Counted from the first letter of the stretch, positions 29,601 through 38,544 are shown. The stretch: 64,000 nt of DNA from an uncultured bacterium (GCA_963695335.1 OY968764.1:1152001-1216000); one strand, 5' to 3'. Translations and numbers: made by a program. The notes: generated by a model not told the origin, from the sequence alone.

Positions 29601-30003
29601 TGAAGATGCTGCAGTAGAAGGCAATATTAAAAAATGTATGGAACTTGCTAAAACCGTTGCTGAAATTGAACACCATCCAAGAGCTTATATGGTACTTGCT
29701 TTTGAACATGTAAGAGGAACATTCCTCGATAAAAACATTGATGCATCAAAACAGTTCCTCATCAATGCTCTTTTTTACGGATTAATAGAACAACAGTTTT
29801 GTGATGGCGAGTTTATGGAAGATTTATGCGATTACATCAACTTTGTAATCAAAGCAAAATACTCAAAAAATAATAAACAAACATTGTTATTGACAATAAA
29901 AAAAGCTCTTGAGGCAAAATCTATTGATCTGAATGCCTTTTATGATGAATTCAAAAAACAGCACAAAATAGACTTATCAAAGGTTGCTGAGTGGAATATA
30001 TAA
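23662..30003 (+). CDS. 2113-aa helical repeat protein with leader; four C-terminal Sel1-like modules
   Basis: SLQAMNK leader; repeated A..HP.A...A..Y..G..VK.N...S...L.EAL.YGLI.QQFC. Confidence 0.8.
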   Translation: MLARLIQSIFFLCIYTSLQAMNKNQKDIVHAKLYEKYQIAETPQNYRLVIQPLPELNRDVELIKANRTKLVNETKEDKQILNEYKIKQALDTYNAIKNRLPNDLSILKPKTQKKYSSINNAIKKYAIEGNTNAQSLIIEQYIDKLNPLCNAPEFLEKIQFQQCLHAYEFLDFTATVKSNNIPVATTDSQGKQLIDIRNQTNKTNPSASYIIQSIYYLQSITENERKFRYSKLSNMKPETAETEIICQFLINYGDDTLSPQAVAKKFIQAINTCENDTKSIIQTIEHCANGTVSPQDVTIQLIQTIKAQKKSADILSAIAKSPLFPHVIQKLNNAILNSTNKQLVSDINYIVAELYYSKLDYSQADSYYRKNKPAFLKEKKVQYHAFNANIATSQSFNKEDINYLSSLVGNTYNQLKKIDTTNPELSYKVGLLIHALVNNTPAMNIAEKIEMLHDALRHIENTHKDAATCITLHTTLSTIYTQKNDHISALKHTTSALQLHDSNSQEYAIANILDNAEKNSCDFYKQHVQSIQCIINFINNGVADSTKNCNLPSEFILSDLWQQLLPYCDATYAKNKNANNDILYAMALSHTESGNYDTACTYIDVLPQPLSKTAQLLKARIYTATQKTLSDEELEAIFKTFVHNKKTSSTDQETTVSLLTQSDRSEQLLAQPKNHDLAIKLITKLSDTSTSHAAILLAFNITKHLKTTQSSTTQQWQEKLKSCNQFYTNIAAPSEYNGYTNFAAGLLLMESGITYSSRIISYFIAALNSKEVLPKSAEAAQKAIAALYNEWALAIHDDFNTRLALFDEALQYNNNSAIRFNKASAILVDSDDQDLINDALQLLEENSTQDCPERTFSQLALAQVYCNYSPDAARLPILKKLIPLDINKAIACLQNHNNQPELLKRLISIYAGESIWIPKQLAEPYINLEQALHYINVLIDTDKYKIDYISLRMELYVKLHHIDNAIADIDLMLNAQNLSNTRGVTKEKLLFRKSELLLQKEPHEELYNQILECAQQLKTYDERDVILFNMSPLIKERTKYLVDNTIMTDSAIEWCCFAVNSCVAANNCRESDVTQLLSADLLLREPTQEQKDLAHYILSAAKADNLDAQLIALPYLNAIGYVTQSNFTESLRYSHQALCNPKSRQKEANVTFLIELLQSYIVKEGVILAYYILCDYYKNYPKKIEKRMLFLNQAKKYERPDESATDLIETIFTSCKHVFSKSVELCVKNQKNLNKLTLTDAIASFTYGSMCQYSNKKDTLTSAILSLDIAQKLLCEKFKLQQYRSPLHFFLGSAYYKLAILNEKIDYELLRKSAQTEYIPPLHKMAEIYIEQHENGKHDIPVKTIDFMPLLAKDLNYPLSRELFKKCADITTLQEKREVSDDSDDKPVLVKFTGNSTDLTALLEASATYVTSNTEIKEKTGIDLTSIPDRQIHKKNQDLATIVKDLNNTECPPEIIDAMINFEKGNKAAALKVIRNAAAKHKIPSAYMLLASNYLQGDGVKQNYALSQEYLEEAFKYGLVGNQLCNGHFFGTVCTYLSDLTLKHLPSMQQHLLRIITQALTDHGVDITTFYVLVKEYTKLDVSLHTEKKDVAPFIKNHNYQETSSAFLAGLQAYQHKDRKKAFEYMYKAAIDEHHPSACLYASYHYYIGDMVKKNNKQSNVLLLEALADGLITGQFCSPQFLEELVAYTKEILKNKNDNTAYSLQIIKSALTVQGIDPSYFCNIYKEYTDTDLASVPEWSETDTNTTNTNAPVQPQLSITDLQKKMVKDHTNRLSDDFKQALTDALKKDMTKMTIAADKNDSCACIIMALHNFTGEGVKKCLYLSGAYIKEALKYGLIEQQFCNNLFLKKLCSYIKTIISAEYAPDDILFKKQLLHKIKKYLLINNIDLTDFCTIMLNETQIDLLTCLEWIESDKNYKFTEQKKLLLRIDAIKNDSAVDNCLQKAVINLLTNMTTKQENQPKNKLFQQRRPKNSLAFAAVEDAAVEGNIKKCMELAKTVAEIEHHPRAYMVLAFEHVRGTFLDKNIDASKQFLINALFYGLIEQQFCDGEFMEDLCDYINFVIKAKYSKNNKQTLLLTIKKALEAKSIDLNAFYDEFKKQHKIDLSKVAEWNI

Positions 30004-30070
30004 CATTTATCTCATTTTCGATTCTCTCTTAACCGGGGTCCCCATTGAAATGTAATGGAAATGGGGTTTA

Positions 30071-30112
30071 AAAAAACCCAAAAATTATTAAAAATATAAT
30101 TTTTGGGTTTTT
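30071..30112. terminator. Bidirectional intrinsic terminator
   Basis: aaaaacccaaaaattat...ataatttttgggttttt between convergent genes. Confidence 0.65.
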
Positions 30113-30145
30113 GTGTAAAAACTCTACTTGCGAAAAGTTTTTTGA

Positions 30146-30433
30146 TTAACCTAGTCTTACTGAACGAACAACTTCACGTAAGCTTTTACCTGCTTTAAAG
30201 CGAGGGATGCTGATTTCTGGTAAATCAATACGTTCTTTTGTTGCAGGATTGATTCCTTTGCGAGAAGGACGGCAAGAAATCCAAAAGCTTCCAAATCCTG
30301 TGATAGAAACTTTTTCACCTTTTTTTAACGCACGGCTGATAACGCGTGTTAGTGAATCGAGCACTCGAGTAACATCCATTTTACTAAATGTTGTCTCTTC
30401 GCTGAGCTCATTTATTAATTCGCTCTTGTTCAT
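30146..30433 (-). CDS. hup: HU family DNA-binding protein
   Basis: MNKSELI, VSITGFGSF, GINPAT, PRFKAGKSL. Confidence 0.95.
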   Translation of the reverse strand: MNKSELINELSEETTFSKMDVTRVLDSLTRVISRALKKGEKVSITGFGSFWISCRPSRKGINPATKERIDLPEISIPRFKAGKSLREVVRSVRLG

Positions 30434-30561
30434 AAGAACTCCTCATATTATGGTTAGTAAAAATTTAAAAACACTGTCTCTTCATTAAAACTTCTTTATA
30501 ATAGTGTAAGATATAATAATTTAAAACGATTTTGTCAACTTTATTGCACAAAAGGATTGCT

Positions 30562-31398
30562 ATGCTCATAGATACTCATTGCCATATAAACATGATGGTC
30601 AAAGATAGTTTTGATACTCCAATGCAAACATCTGACTTATCAAAAGCAGAAATTATCATAAGACAAGCACACGAGGCAAGAGTTTCTTTAATTATTAATG
30701 TTGGAACTCGCAAAATTGAAAATCGAAATTGCATATTACTTGCTCAATCATTCGATTCAGTCTTTGCAACCGTTGGCATTCACCCAAATGATTCTGACAC
30801 ATGGCAAGAAGATATAATGTTTATGAAAAAGTGGTTACAAAACAAAGAAGAAAACAAAATTGTTGGTATTGGCGAATGCGGAATCGATCTCCATTATCCT
30901 AATCATAATCTTATGCGTCAGCAAAATGCTTTCAAAGCACAAATAGAACTTGCACTTGAACATGATCTTGCACTTGTTGTGCACAGCCGTGATGCATATG
31001 ATGAAACATTAAAAATTTTAGAAGAGTATAAAAACAATCTCACCCATGCTGTTATGCATTGCTTTTCTTACGACCAAACATTTGCAAACATTGTCACATC
31101 TTGGGGATTTGTGCTCGGCATTGGCGGTCCTATTACCTATCCAAAAAATCATGAACTGCGCAATGTTGTTCTTAATGCTGATCTTAAAAATATTGTGTTA
31201 GAAACTGACGCACCATTCTTACCACCACAAGCTATTCGTGGCAAACAAAATCACCCCAAAGAAATTGCAACTATTGCACAATATATCGCTGAACTGCGCG
31301 GTGAAAGTTTTGAAACTATTGCACAACAAACTACGGAAAATGCGCTTCGCTTATTTTCCATTAATATGAGTTCGCTCATTTCGACCCTACTTCGTTAA
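30562..31398 (+). CDS. tatD: TatD family hydrolase
   Basis: MLIDTHCH, GIHP, GECGID, HSRDA, HCFS, LETDAPFL. Confidence 0.95.
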   Translation: MLIDTHCHINMMVKDSFDTPMQTSDLSKAEIIIRQAHEARVSLIINVGTRKIENRNCILLAQSFDSVFATVGIHPNDSDTWQEDIMFMKKWLQNKEENKIVGIGECGIDLHYPNHNLMRQQNAFKAQIELALEHDLALVVHSRDAYDETLKILEEYKNNLTHAVMHCFSYDQTFANIVTSWGFVLGIGGPITYPKNHELRNVVLNADLKNIVLETDAPFLPPQAIRGKQNHPKEIATIAQYIAELRGESFETIAQQTTENALRLFSINMSSLISTLLR

Positions 31399-31531
31399 AA
31401 CTTCGTAGGGCACGCAAGTAGGGCGTTTACTCCTGAGCTTGCCGAAGGGTCAATGCGAACGGAATGATAACAATAACAAACAAAAAAATAATTCTAATCC
31501 CGTTCGTGGTGAGCCTGTCGAACCATACGAA
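31371..31531. repeat. Nested A/B repeat cluster overlapping the tatD stop
   Basis: ccctacttcgttaaaacttcgtagggc, cctgagcttgccgaagg, ccgttcgtggtgagcctgtcgaacc. Confidence 0.8.
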
Positions 31532-31612
31532 CTCATAAAGTGCCTGATAAAAAAATTTGCATAAACTCATTTTCAAGTAAACTGATATAATAAAACCACA
31601 AAGGAGAATTAC

Positions 31613-32665
31613 ATGAACAAAGCATTCATCGCAATCAGTATAACTCTCCACACATTATCGTATAATTCATCCGTCTCAGGCATGACGATCGATCAACTTC
31701 TCAACATTCAAGATATCGAACCACAAATTATCAGAAAAATTGCATGCCAAGATTTTCCAGACATGCGATTGGTATGCAAAAAATGGGCTGCAAGAGGCTT
31801 CGATGGCAAAATTAAAAAAGATTGGCAATTTATGCCCGATAGTGTTGAAAAACATTATGATAAAATTATTAAACAAAAAAAAGAGTTAAACCCTTTCTAC
31901 AAAAATATAATTTTATTTGACCTCATTAATGATTATCCCGCAGTTGAATGGATGGCAGACAGAAACACAAATAGAACAGGCATACTGTGTGATTATACAT
32001 TTCTTTCCTCTCCATACCCACTCCTCACATCAGCTATGCTTGCTATCCATCACGAACAACCAGAAACTGCACGGTTGTTAATTGAAACAAGTAAACATTA
32101 TAAAAATCAAAATTGGAAAGATCTGTATCACAAAACGCTTACTGTCCCACAACAAATAGAAGAATGCTTATACCCTGGTGAACATCGAAATTTTACATTT
32201 CTTCTTTATGTAACTGCCACTTTGCTTGATAACGCGCATAATCTTAAAAAGCTATATAAACACAAAATACCAACCACCTTAGGACAAAAACTTATAATAA
32301 ATGCTTGTTTATATCATAATGCAATACAATGCTTCAAATTTTTATCTGATCGCACAGCGATGCAAAAAACAATAAAAAACCACAATATAGATTTTTTTAT
32401 ACTCGCTATTAATGTAAATAACCCAAAAATGGCAAAAATATTCATCAAAAAAAAGCTCTTTTTCATCAATGGTTCATTTAAAGAAAATGGTAAAAAAGTA
32501 ACGATACTCGACTTATATCTTCAAGATGAAACATATAAAAATAATATACAAGCCCACGCTCTTTTGCGCAGTCTTGGCGCCAAAACAACTAAAGAAATAC
32601 GAGAAGAAGAACGCATACGATATGAACGAAAAATGGAAAGAAGACGGCGAATACAAGGTTATTAA
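31613..32665 (+). CDS. Secreted F-box-like/ankyrin-like protein (paralog of 33172..34155)
   Basis: Leader, MRLVCKKW, WQFMPDSVEK, C-terminal TILD...LRSLGAK. Confidence 0.6.
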   Translation: MNKAFIAISITLHTLSYNSSVSGMTIDQLLNIQDIEPQIIRKIACQDFPDMRLVCKKWAARGFDGKIKKDWQFMPDSVEKHYDKIIKQKKELNPFYKNIILFDLINDYPAVEWMADRNTNRTGILCDYTFLSSPYPLLTSAMLAIHHEQPETARLLIETSKHYKNQNWKDLYHKTLTVPQQIEECLYPGEHRNFTFLLYVTATLLDNAHNLKKLYKHKIPTTLGQKLIINACLYHNAIQCFKFLSDRTAMQKTIKNHNIDFFILAINVNNPKMAKIFIKKKLFFINGSFKENGKKVTILDLYLQDETYKNNIQAHALLRSLGAKTTKEIREEERIRYERKMERRRRIQGY

Positions 32666-32672
32666 TATTGAT

Positions 32673-33155
32673 ATGAACATCTACACCTTCCTCGATACCA
32701 ACAATATCCCTTACGAACGTTTTGATCACCCGGCAGCATTCACCTGTGAACAAGCAGATGCAGTGTGCCCAAAAATGCCGGGTGCATCTATCAAAAATCT
32801 TTTTTTATATGATAAAAGAACAAATCATCATTTTTTAGTTGTTGTTGGCAAAGAAAAACAGATTGATCTTAAGCAACTGAAGTTCATCCTTGATGTATCC
32901 AACCTCAGTTTTACATCTGAAGAACGCTTACATAAATATTTAGGAGTTACACCAGGCTCTGTGACAGTGCTTGGTCTGATTAATGATACACTGAATTTGG
33001 TGACAGTGATTTTTGATAGCAACCTTGAAAACAAAACATTGCAATGTCATCCATTAATTAACACTGCAACGCTTGCAATTCCATGGGAAGGGATTGAAAA
33101 ATTTTTAAAACTGACGCATCATGATTATCAATTATTAGATCTTCCAACGCGATAA
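32673..33155 (+). CDS. YbaK/ProX(PrdX) aminoacyl-tRNA editing protein
   Basis: HPAAFTCE, KNLFLYDK, LGVTPGSVTVLGL, CHPLINTAT. Confidence 0.9.
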   Translation: MNIYTFLDTNNIPYERFDHPAAFTCEQADAVCPKMPGASIKNLFLYDKRTNHHFLVVVGKEKQIDLKQLKFILDVSNLSFTSEERLHKYLGVTPGSVTVLGLINDTLNLVTVIFDSNLENKTLQCHPLINTATLAIPWEGIEKFLKLTHHDYQLLDLPTR

Positions 33156-33171
33156 ATCCCAAAGGATATTT

Positions 33172-34155
33172 ATGCGCACATCACTTCTTATCATAGCACT
33201 ACCACTTTTAGCATTATCTTCTCTCACAACCTTCAGCATGATACCTTTCACAAAAAATCCTGACATGAACAAAAAAATCTGCGATTACTTATCTCCAGAA
33301 GATAGAGATGACTGCAGATTGGTGTGCAAAAGATGGGCTACAAAAAACAATCAATGGCGATTCATGCCTGATAGCATTGAAAAAAAATATGATATCGTGA
33401 TGAAAAACAGAGGAAAAATTGATAGGAATCTTATTTTCTTCAATCTTATCTATGAAAATGATCTTAATGCAGTGGAATGGTTATGTATGTTAGGTAAAAA
33501 CAATTTAAAGGTCCGCATAGCAGTTATTGATACATTGATGATGGATGTAACAATGATAGCATTGCATAACAACAATCCTGAAATGATGCGATTGCTATGC
33601 AAAATGCATCCAGAATATAATAACAAGAATTGGAAAAATTTATACAAGACAATCACTGCACCCAAGGATCTGCAACTCTGCTTATATCCTCATTGTGATC
33701 GTGATTTTTCATTTATCCCTTATATCGTTACTACTTTCTCGAATAGCTCCCGTAGACTCAAACAGCTTTATACACAGAAAATACCTACCAAAGAAGGACA
33801 ATCGATATTAATACGCCTTTGTGCGGAACGAAATGCATTCCGATGCCTTAGCTTTTTGTTAACAAACGAAGAAGCACAACAGATAATGATGGCAAAAGAA
33901 GATAATAGCAATTATCTATGGAAATTTTTATACACAGCCCTTACACACAATCATCACGAAATCATACACACTCTTATTCAAAGTAAAGTCTATGATATTA
34001 ATGAAGTTAGATTCATGGGCAACTCAACAATACTTGATCAATATAATCTTGATGACAGACGCACAAACTGCGAAAACTCTAAAAATTTTCTCAAAAGTCT
34101 TGGCGCAAAAAGATCACAAGAGCTAGAACAAGAAAAAAAATGTGTCATTCAATAA
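33172..34155 (+). CDS. Secreted F-box-like/ankyrin-like protein with C-terminal CaaX (KKCVIQ)
   Basis: KICDYLSPEDRDDCRLVCKRW; ALHNNNPEMMRLL, ALTHNHHEIIHTLIQ..DIN; LKSLGAK; ends CVIQ. Confidence 0.68.
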   Translation: MRTSLLIIALPLLALSSLTTFSMIPFTKNPDMNKKICDYLSPEDRDDCRLVCKRWATKNNQWRFMPDSIEKKYDIVMKNRGKIDRNLIFFNLIYENDLNAVEWLCMLGKNNLKVRIAVIDTLMMDVTMIALHNNNPEMMRLLCKMHPEYNNKNWKNLYKTITAPKDLQLCLYPHCDRDFSFIPYIVTTFSNSSRRLKQLYTQKIPTKEGQSILIRLCAERNAFRCLSFLLTNEEAQQIMMAKEDNSNYLWKFLYTALTHNHHEIIHTLIQSKVYDINEVRFMGNSTILDQYNLDDRRTNCENSKNFLKSLGAKRSQELEQEKKCVIQ

Positions 34156-34653
34156 CTACCATCGCTTTTTTTTCCGCGGAAATAATCGCCACAAAAACTG
34201 ACGTGTTCCAAAATCAAGCCACAAATGTGATAGTGCTCCGACAATAAAAAACATAGTATCAACAAAAAGATGCATCGCTTTATGCGGCAATAACGTTGCA
34301 ACAATCACCCACACAAGTAACGGCAATGCAATCACAAAGCGTGGGCTATGAAAAATACCCCGATGCTTAACGAGCATAGGAGTAATCATGACAAAACTGA
34401 AACAAGTGAGCATCTGCAGACGTTGTTGATATGCCAAAACAAATAAAACAACAAGCACCGCGTAATAAAAATATTTCTGCCCCTTACTTTTAATATCAAT
34501 ATCAGGGAACAATGCACCAGCCAGCACACATAACAACCATTCCCCCATCATCAGATGCGTTGGTTGCGGGATTATAACAAGCCCAACAAGTCCAAAAAGC
34601 ACCAAGCAAAACGCTATTGTTCCGCCCACCAAATGACCTTTATACCCTGGCAT
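34156..34653 (-). CDS. Membrane-bound metal-dependent hydrolase (YdjM-like)
   Basis: GH, LFPDID, HRGIFHS, SHLWLD. Confidence 0.85.
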   Translation of the reverse strand: MPGYKGHLVGGTIAFCLVLFGLVGLVIIPQPTHLMMGEWLLCVLAGALFPDIDIKSKGQKYFYYAVLVVLFVLAYQQRLQMLTCFSFVMITPMLVKHRGIFHSPRFVIALPLLVWVIVATLLPHKAMHLFVDTMFFIVGALSHLWLDFGTRQFLWRLFPRKKKRW

Positions 34654-34765
34654 TATTACCCATTCTCCCGTTAAATCTACGTTTGTTTTCCTATATGAAC
34701 CATAATTTGATACTATAATGTTTATAGCATAAGTTATTATGTTTACCCTACTTAATTCTATCCTG

Positions 34766-34839
34766 CGCTCGCCCTGAACCTGTTGAAGGGTATCCTCGAG
34801 CGCTCAAAGATATCCTTCGACAAGCTCAGGACGAGCGCG
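34766..34839. repeat. Inverted family-A pair (REPIN-like)
   Basis: gcgctcgccctgaacctgttgaagg...ccttcgacaagctcaggacgagcgc. Confidence 0.88.
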
Positions 34840-34888
34840 AAGAAACATTAAGATGGGTCATCAATCCGCAAAATTAAGGAAATTAAAA

Positions 34889-35752
34889 ATGCTTTCCGAA
34901 TTACTCATTATACAAGGAATTATAGAACGCGGCCTCATTTTTGGCATCACCGTCATGGCAATATATATCACCTCTCGCATTATTCATTTTGACGACCTTT
35001 CTGTTGAAGGGACTTTTGGTCTTGGTGGTGCATTAATGGCACTTTTACTCACACGTAACGTGCATTGGTTCATCGCATTCCCTCTTGTCATTGCAGCAGG
35101 TGCAATTGCAGGAGCAGCAACAGGCTTATTACATACCAAATTAAAACTCAATAATCTCATCAGTGGTATTGTTGTCACCACAGCACTCTTTTCTATTAAC
35201 CTGAAAATTGCTGGTTCGAATATGGTTGTAGGGAGCAAACCAACCATATTCGATCTGATTGCTGGCGCAGCAAACATGAAAATAATTATATTACTTCCTT
35301 TAATCTGCGCACTTCTTTTGACCATCAAATGGTTCTTGCACACGGAATGTGGTTTTTTATTTAAAGCAGTTGGCGATAATCCGCAGATGCTCACTAATTT
35401 AGGTAAAAATGCAGATACATACACCATTGCAGCGCTTGCCCTCGCCAATGGAATTACTGCATGTGCCGGAGCCTTATTTGTACAATATGTTGGTTATTTT
35501 TCCATCTGGTCGAGCGTTGGTATTTTGATCATTGCACTTGCAGGGCTTATACTTTCTGAAACACTGGGAAAATCTTTTGGATTTAATTTATTAATTGGCG
35601 CAATACTGTACCAAGCAATTCTTGCAGCAACCTTTGAATTTAATGTTGATCCTGAATGGAATAAATTAATTACTGCAGTTCTTATTGTTCTCATGATCGC
35701 GTTAAAAAAACATTCCACCATTCTTGACAAGGGCAATCATGATAAAATTTGA
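34889..35752 (+). CDS. ABC transporter permease
   Basis: DLSVEGTFGLGG, KAVGDNP, multiple TMs. Confidence 0.9.
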   Translation: MLSELLIIQGIIERGLIFGITVMAIYITSRIIHFDDLSVEGTFGLGGALMALLLTRNVHWFIAFPLVIAAGAIAGAATGLLHTKLKLNNLISGIVVTTALFSINLKIAGSNMVVGSKPTIFDLIAGAANMKIIILLPLICALLLTIKWFLHTECGFLFKAVGDNPQMLTNLGKNADTYTIAALALANGITACAGALFVQYVGYFSIWSSVGILIIALAGLILSETLGKSFGFNLLIGAILYQAILAATFEFNVDPEWNKLITAVLIVLMIALKKHSTILDKGNHDKI

Positions 35753-36488
35753 AAATGTTTCAATAACTATTGATAACAAACAGATTCTTAAAAATATTAC
35801 CTGTACTATTAACAGTGGTGATTTTATTGTTATTGTTGGCCCAAATGGTGCAGGAAAAAGTACATTCTTTGATATGATTAGTGGTAAACGGATTGCAACA
35901 AGTGGTAAAATTTTTCTTGATAATATCGAAATTACACATCTTGATGAACAGCACCGCGCACTGTTTATCAGCAGACTTTTCCAAAATCCACAACTCAATG
36001 GTGTTGCATCAATGACCGTTGCACAAAATCTTGCACTGAGCAATTACAAAGGAAAAACCGTCAGCTTATGCAATGGCATGAGTACATTCCCTGCACATTT
36101 AACTGCAGAGCTTGAAAAACTGAATCTTGGATCATCAAAAATATTACACACACCCATGAAAGATCTTTCTGGCGGGCAACGTCAACTGCTTGCGTTTATC
36201 ATGGCAACAATACTGCCACCACGTCTTTTTATGCTTGATGAACCAACTGCAGCACTTGATCCACAATCAGCAACAAAGTTGTTACAATTTGCTATCAAGT
36301 TCATCAATGAACATAAGCTCACCACTTTGCTTATTACGCATGATCCAGAACTTGCGCTCACTATTGGCAAAAAAATATGGGTATTGGAAGATGGGGAAAT
36401 TACTAAGCAATTTGATTCAAAAGATGTGGGGAATATTTCTGCATCTGATTTGATTGGGCATATTGATTACAAAAAATTAAGTTATTAA
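35739..36488 (+). CDS. ABC transporter ATP-binding protein
   Basis: GPNGAGKST, LSGGQRQ, LDEPTAALDP. Confidence 0.95.
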   Translation: MIKFENVSITIDNKQILKNITCTINSGDFIVIVGPNGAGKSTFFDMISGKRIATSGKIFLDNIEITHLDEQHRALFISRLFQNPQLNGVASMTVAQNLALSNYKGKTVSLCNGMSTFPAHLTAELEKLNLGSSKILHTPMKDLSGGQRQLLAFIMATILPPRLFMLDEPTAALDPQSATKLLQFAIKFINEHKLTTLLITHDPELALTIGKKIWVLEDGEITKQFDSKDVGNISASDLIGHIDYKKLSY

Positions 36489-36587
36489 TTTTGAATTTTA
36501 TTAAGATCTTTTAATCTCCAGCTTAACGCCGGAGACCTAAACCTTCACTTCGTTACGGTTATCTTTTACGCAAAGGGGTCTTGTGAC

Positions 36588-38056
36588 CAATGCTGTCAAC
36601 TTAAGCAATGGATTGGCATTGTTGACCCCCTTCATAAAGCTTTCCTATCAACTTTATATCTAACCTGTCTGGAATTGCGGGGAAATTGTCTTCCGGGAAT
36701 AACGGGTACCAGATTTCTTTTTATGCGATTTTTTAGTTTTTCACAATATTCACTGAGATCTTGATCCCCAAGAAAAATATCCATTATTTCATCTTTTATC
36801 GTTCCTATTAATATATTGCGATTAACTTTATATTTATACTTAAGTATTTTTTCTTTTTGACTTGATTTTTGGAGTTCAATTGTAAGTTCTTCTTGTGCTT
36901 CAGACATAAGTAATGCTGAGACATTACATGCAAAAATTGTAGCATAAAAATCTTGCTCTATTGCTGTTTTTGATCTGCCACTAAAGTTTTCAATTTTTGC
37001 TATATTTTTATAAAATTTATAATTTTCTTCAATATTCCATCTCAAATGATAGAGGGAAAAAATATCATTAGAGCTGAATTTATTTTGGTCCATTAAAGAA
37101 GTGATAATGTATTCTTTTTGACCATTAGGTAAATCTAATATTAAAAATCTTAATTTTAACGTTGCATCATGTTGTAAATTAGATAAATATTCATTTAGTG
37201 GTGCATTTGGAGATTTTCTTTTTTCAAATATAGGAATTGTTATAATAGAATCGCGACATTCAGATTTTATTGCAGCATTGATCTCGGAAAAAAAGTTTTT
37301 TTGAATCCTAGCTAAAAAATGCTTTTTTGCATTGTCCAACATAATCAACAACCCTAAAGATGGATAACCTCTATCGAAGATTAATAAGTCTTCGAATGAT
37401 TGATGTGAATTATTAATTTGAGCTAGATACTTAATATGTTCATCAGCCATACAACGCTCTGAAGCTTTATTGTCTTTTATTAAGCCATGTAAAGTAACCT
37501 GATTCAATACATCAAACATTGTAGATATTCTCGCTAAAGGAATATTGGAATCATGAATGTGTGTTCCATAAAAATGATATAAATCATCATCTATAGGTAA
37601 TCTTAAGGTTGATCCATCTATTGCTAAAACTCTAAAGCCTTTAAAGGTTTCAATTTCATTATCTGTATAAAATTCTTCTAATAATTTTTGATTCAGCAAT
37701 GTAAAAACCATGGGAGATAATTTTTTTCGTGCTTTTGAAAATGCTTGCTTACTAACACTTGAAATGTTAAAAAAGTCTGCAAAAGAATATAATTCGAGTT
37801 GCAGACTTTTTTTTACAAAATTAATTATAAATACCGTTAAATTTGTAAATGTTAAAGATCGATTTCTTGTAAAATCTTGTTGTTGTAGCTTACAATTTTC
37901 ACGCAATTGAGAACTTAATAAATATTTTTTTATTCTTTTGAAGATTTCTGCAACTCTTTTTTTTGTATCATTGCTTTAATTCCTTTTTTTAAGGAATAAT
38001 AATATCATATAAAAAATTTAAAAATATTGACTCAATTTCTTAAGTTGACAGCATTG
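36588..38056 (-). mobile_element. IS4-family insertion sequence
   Basis: 18-bp perfect TIR caatgctgtcaacttaag; 10-bp target duplication gtcttgtgac (36578-36587, 38057-38066). Confidence 0.95.
36632..37906 (-). CDS. IS4-family DDE transposase (true start may lie slightly upstream)
   Basis: DFTRNRSL, LAIDGST, IFDRGY, YHLRWNIEENYK (YREK). Confidence 0.93.
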   Translation of the reverse strand: MRENCKLQQQDFTRNRSLTFTNLTVFIINFVKKSLQLELYSFADFFNISSVSKQAFSKARKKLSPMVFTLLNQKLLEEFYTDNEIETFKGFRVLAIDGSTLRLPIDDDLYHFYGTHIHDSNIPLARISTMFDVLNQVTLHGLIKDNKASERCMADEHIKYLAQINNSHQSFEDLLIFDRGYPSLGLLIMLDNAKKHFLARIQKNFFSEINAAIKSECRDSIITIPIFEKRKSPNAPLNEYLSNLQHDATLKLRFLILDLPNGQKEYIITSLMDQNKFSSNDIFSLYHLRWNIEENYKFYKNIAKIENFSGRSKTAIEQDFYATIFACNVSALLMSEAQEELTIELQKSSQKEKILKYKYKVNRNILIGTIKDEIMDIFLGDQDLSEYCEKLKNRIKRNLVPVIPGRQFPRNSRQVRYKVDRKAL

Positions 38057-38544
38057 GTCTTGTGACCCCTCTGCACTCGCACACAAACATCCTGTTTGAT
38101 CAAGCCCCAGTTTTTTGTTCCACTCCAAACCGGGGACCCCATCGTAAGAATGAAGATGGGGAAAAATTCAGGCCACAGTCTGCTCGGAAGCAGCCTAAAC
38201 CATCATACGTAGCTCATGGGACTTTTTACATTATTTTAACGTTCGCCCATTTCGACAAGCTCAATGCGAACGGAAGATATCTCTTTTGATGCGCTCGTCC
38301 TGAGCCTGTCGAAGGATATCTCTGAGCGCAAATTTAAATAAGTACCTACACATTTCGCATGATGGTTTAGGCTGCTTCTTAGCAGACTGTGGCCTGAATT
38401 CGAAATGATCTAAGGGATCAAAGGGAACGTTTGTGTATCGGGGGTGTGGGGGTGTTTTACACAAATACCCCCACAGAATCAACCGTAACGAAGTGAAGGT
38501 TCAGGTCTCCGGCGTTAAGCTGGAGATTAATTCTTCTCTAAGAG

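Larger units (their letters stand above)
36511..38530. repeat. Nested foldback element with 50-bp terminal inverted repeats, interrupted by IS4
   Basis: 36511-36560 vs 38481-38530 (1 mismatch); inner IR 38165-38206 vs 38359-38400 (2 mismatches). Confidence 0.85.

Noticed and set aside
38062..38482. Short ORFs 38062..38289 and 38261..38482 with similar peptides
   Set aside because: The similarity is simply the inverted repeat read on both strands; no coding evidence.
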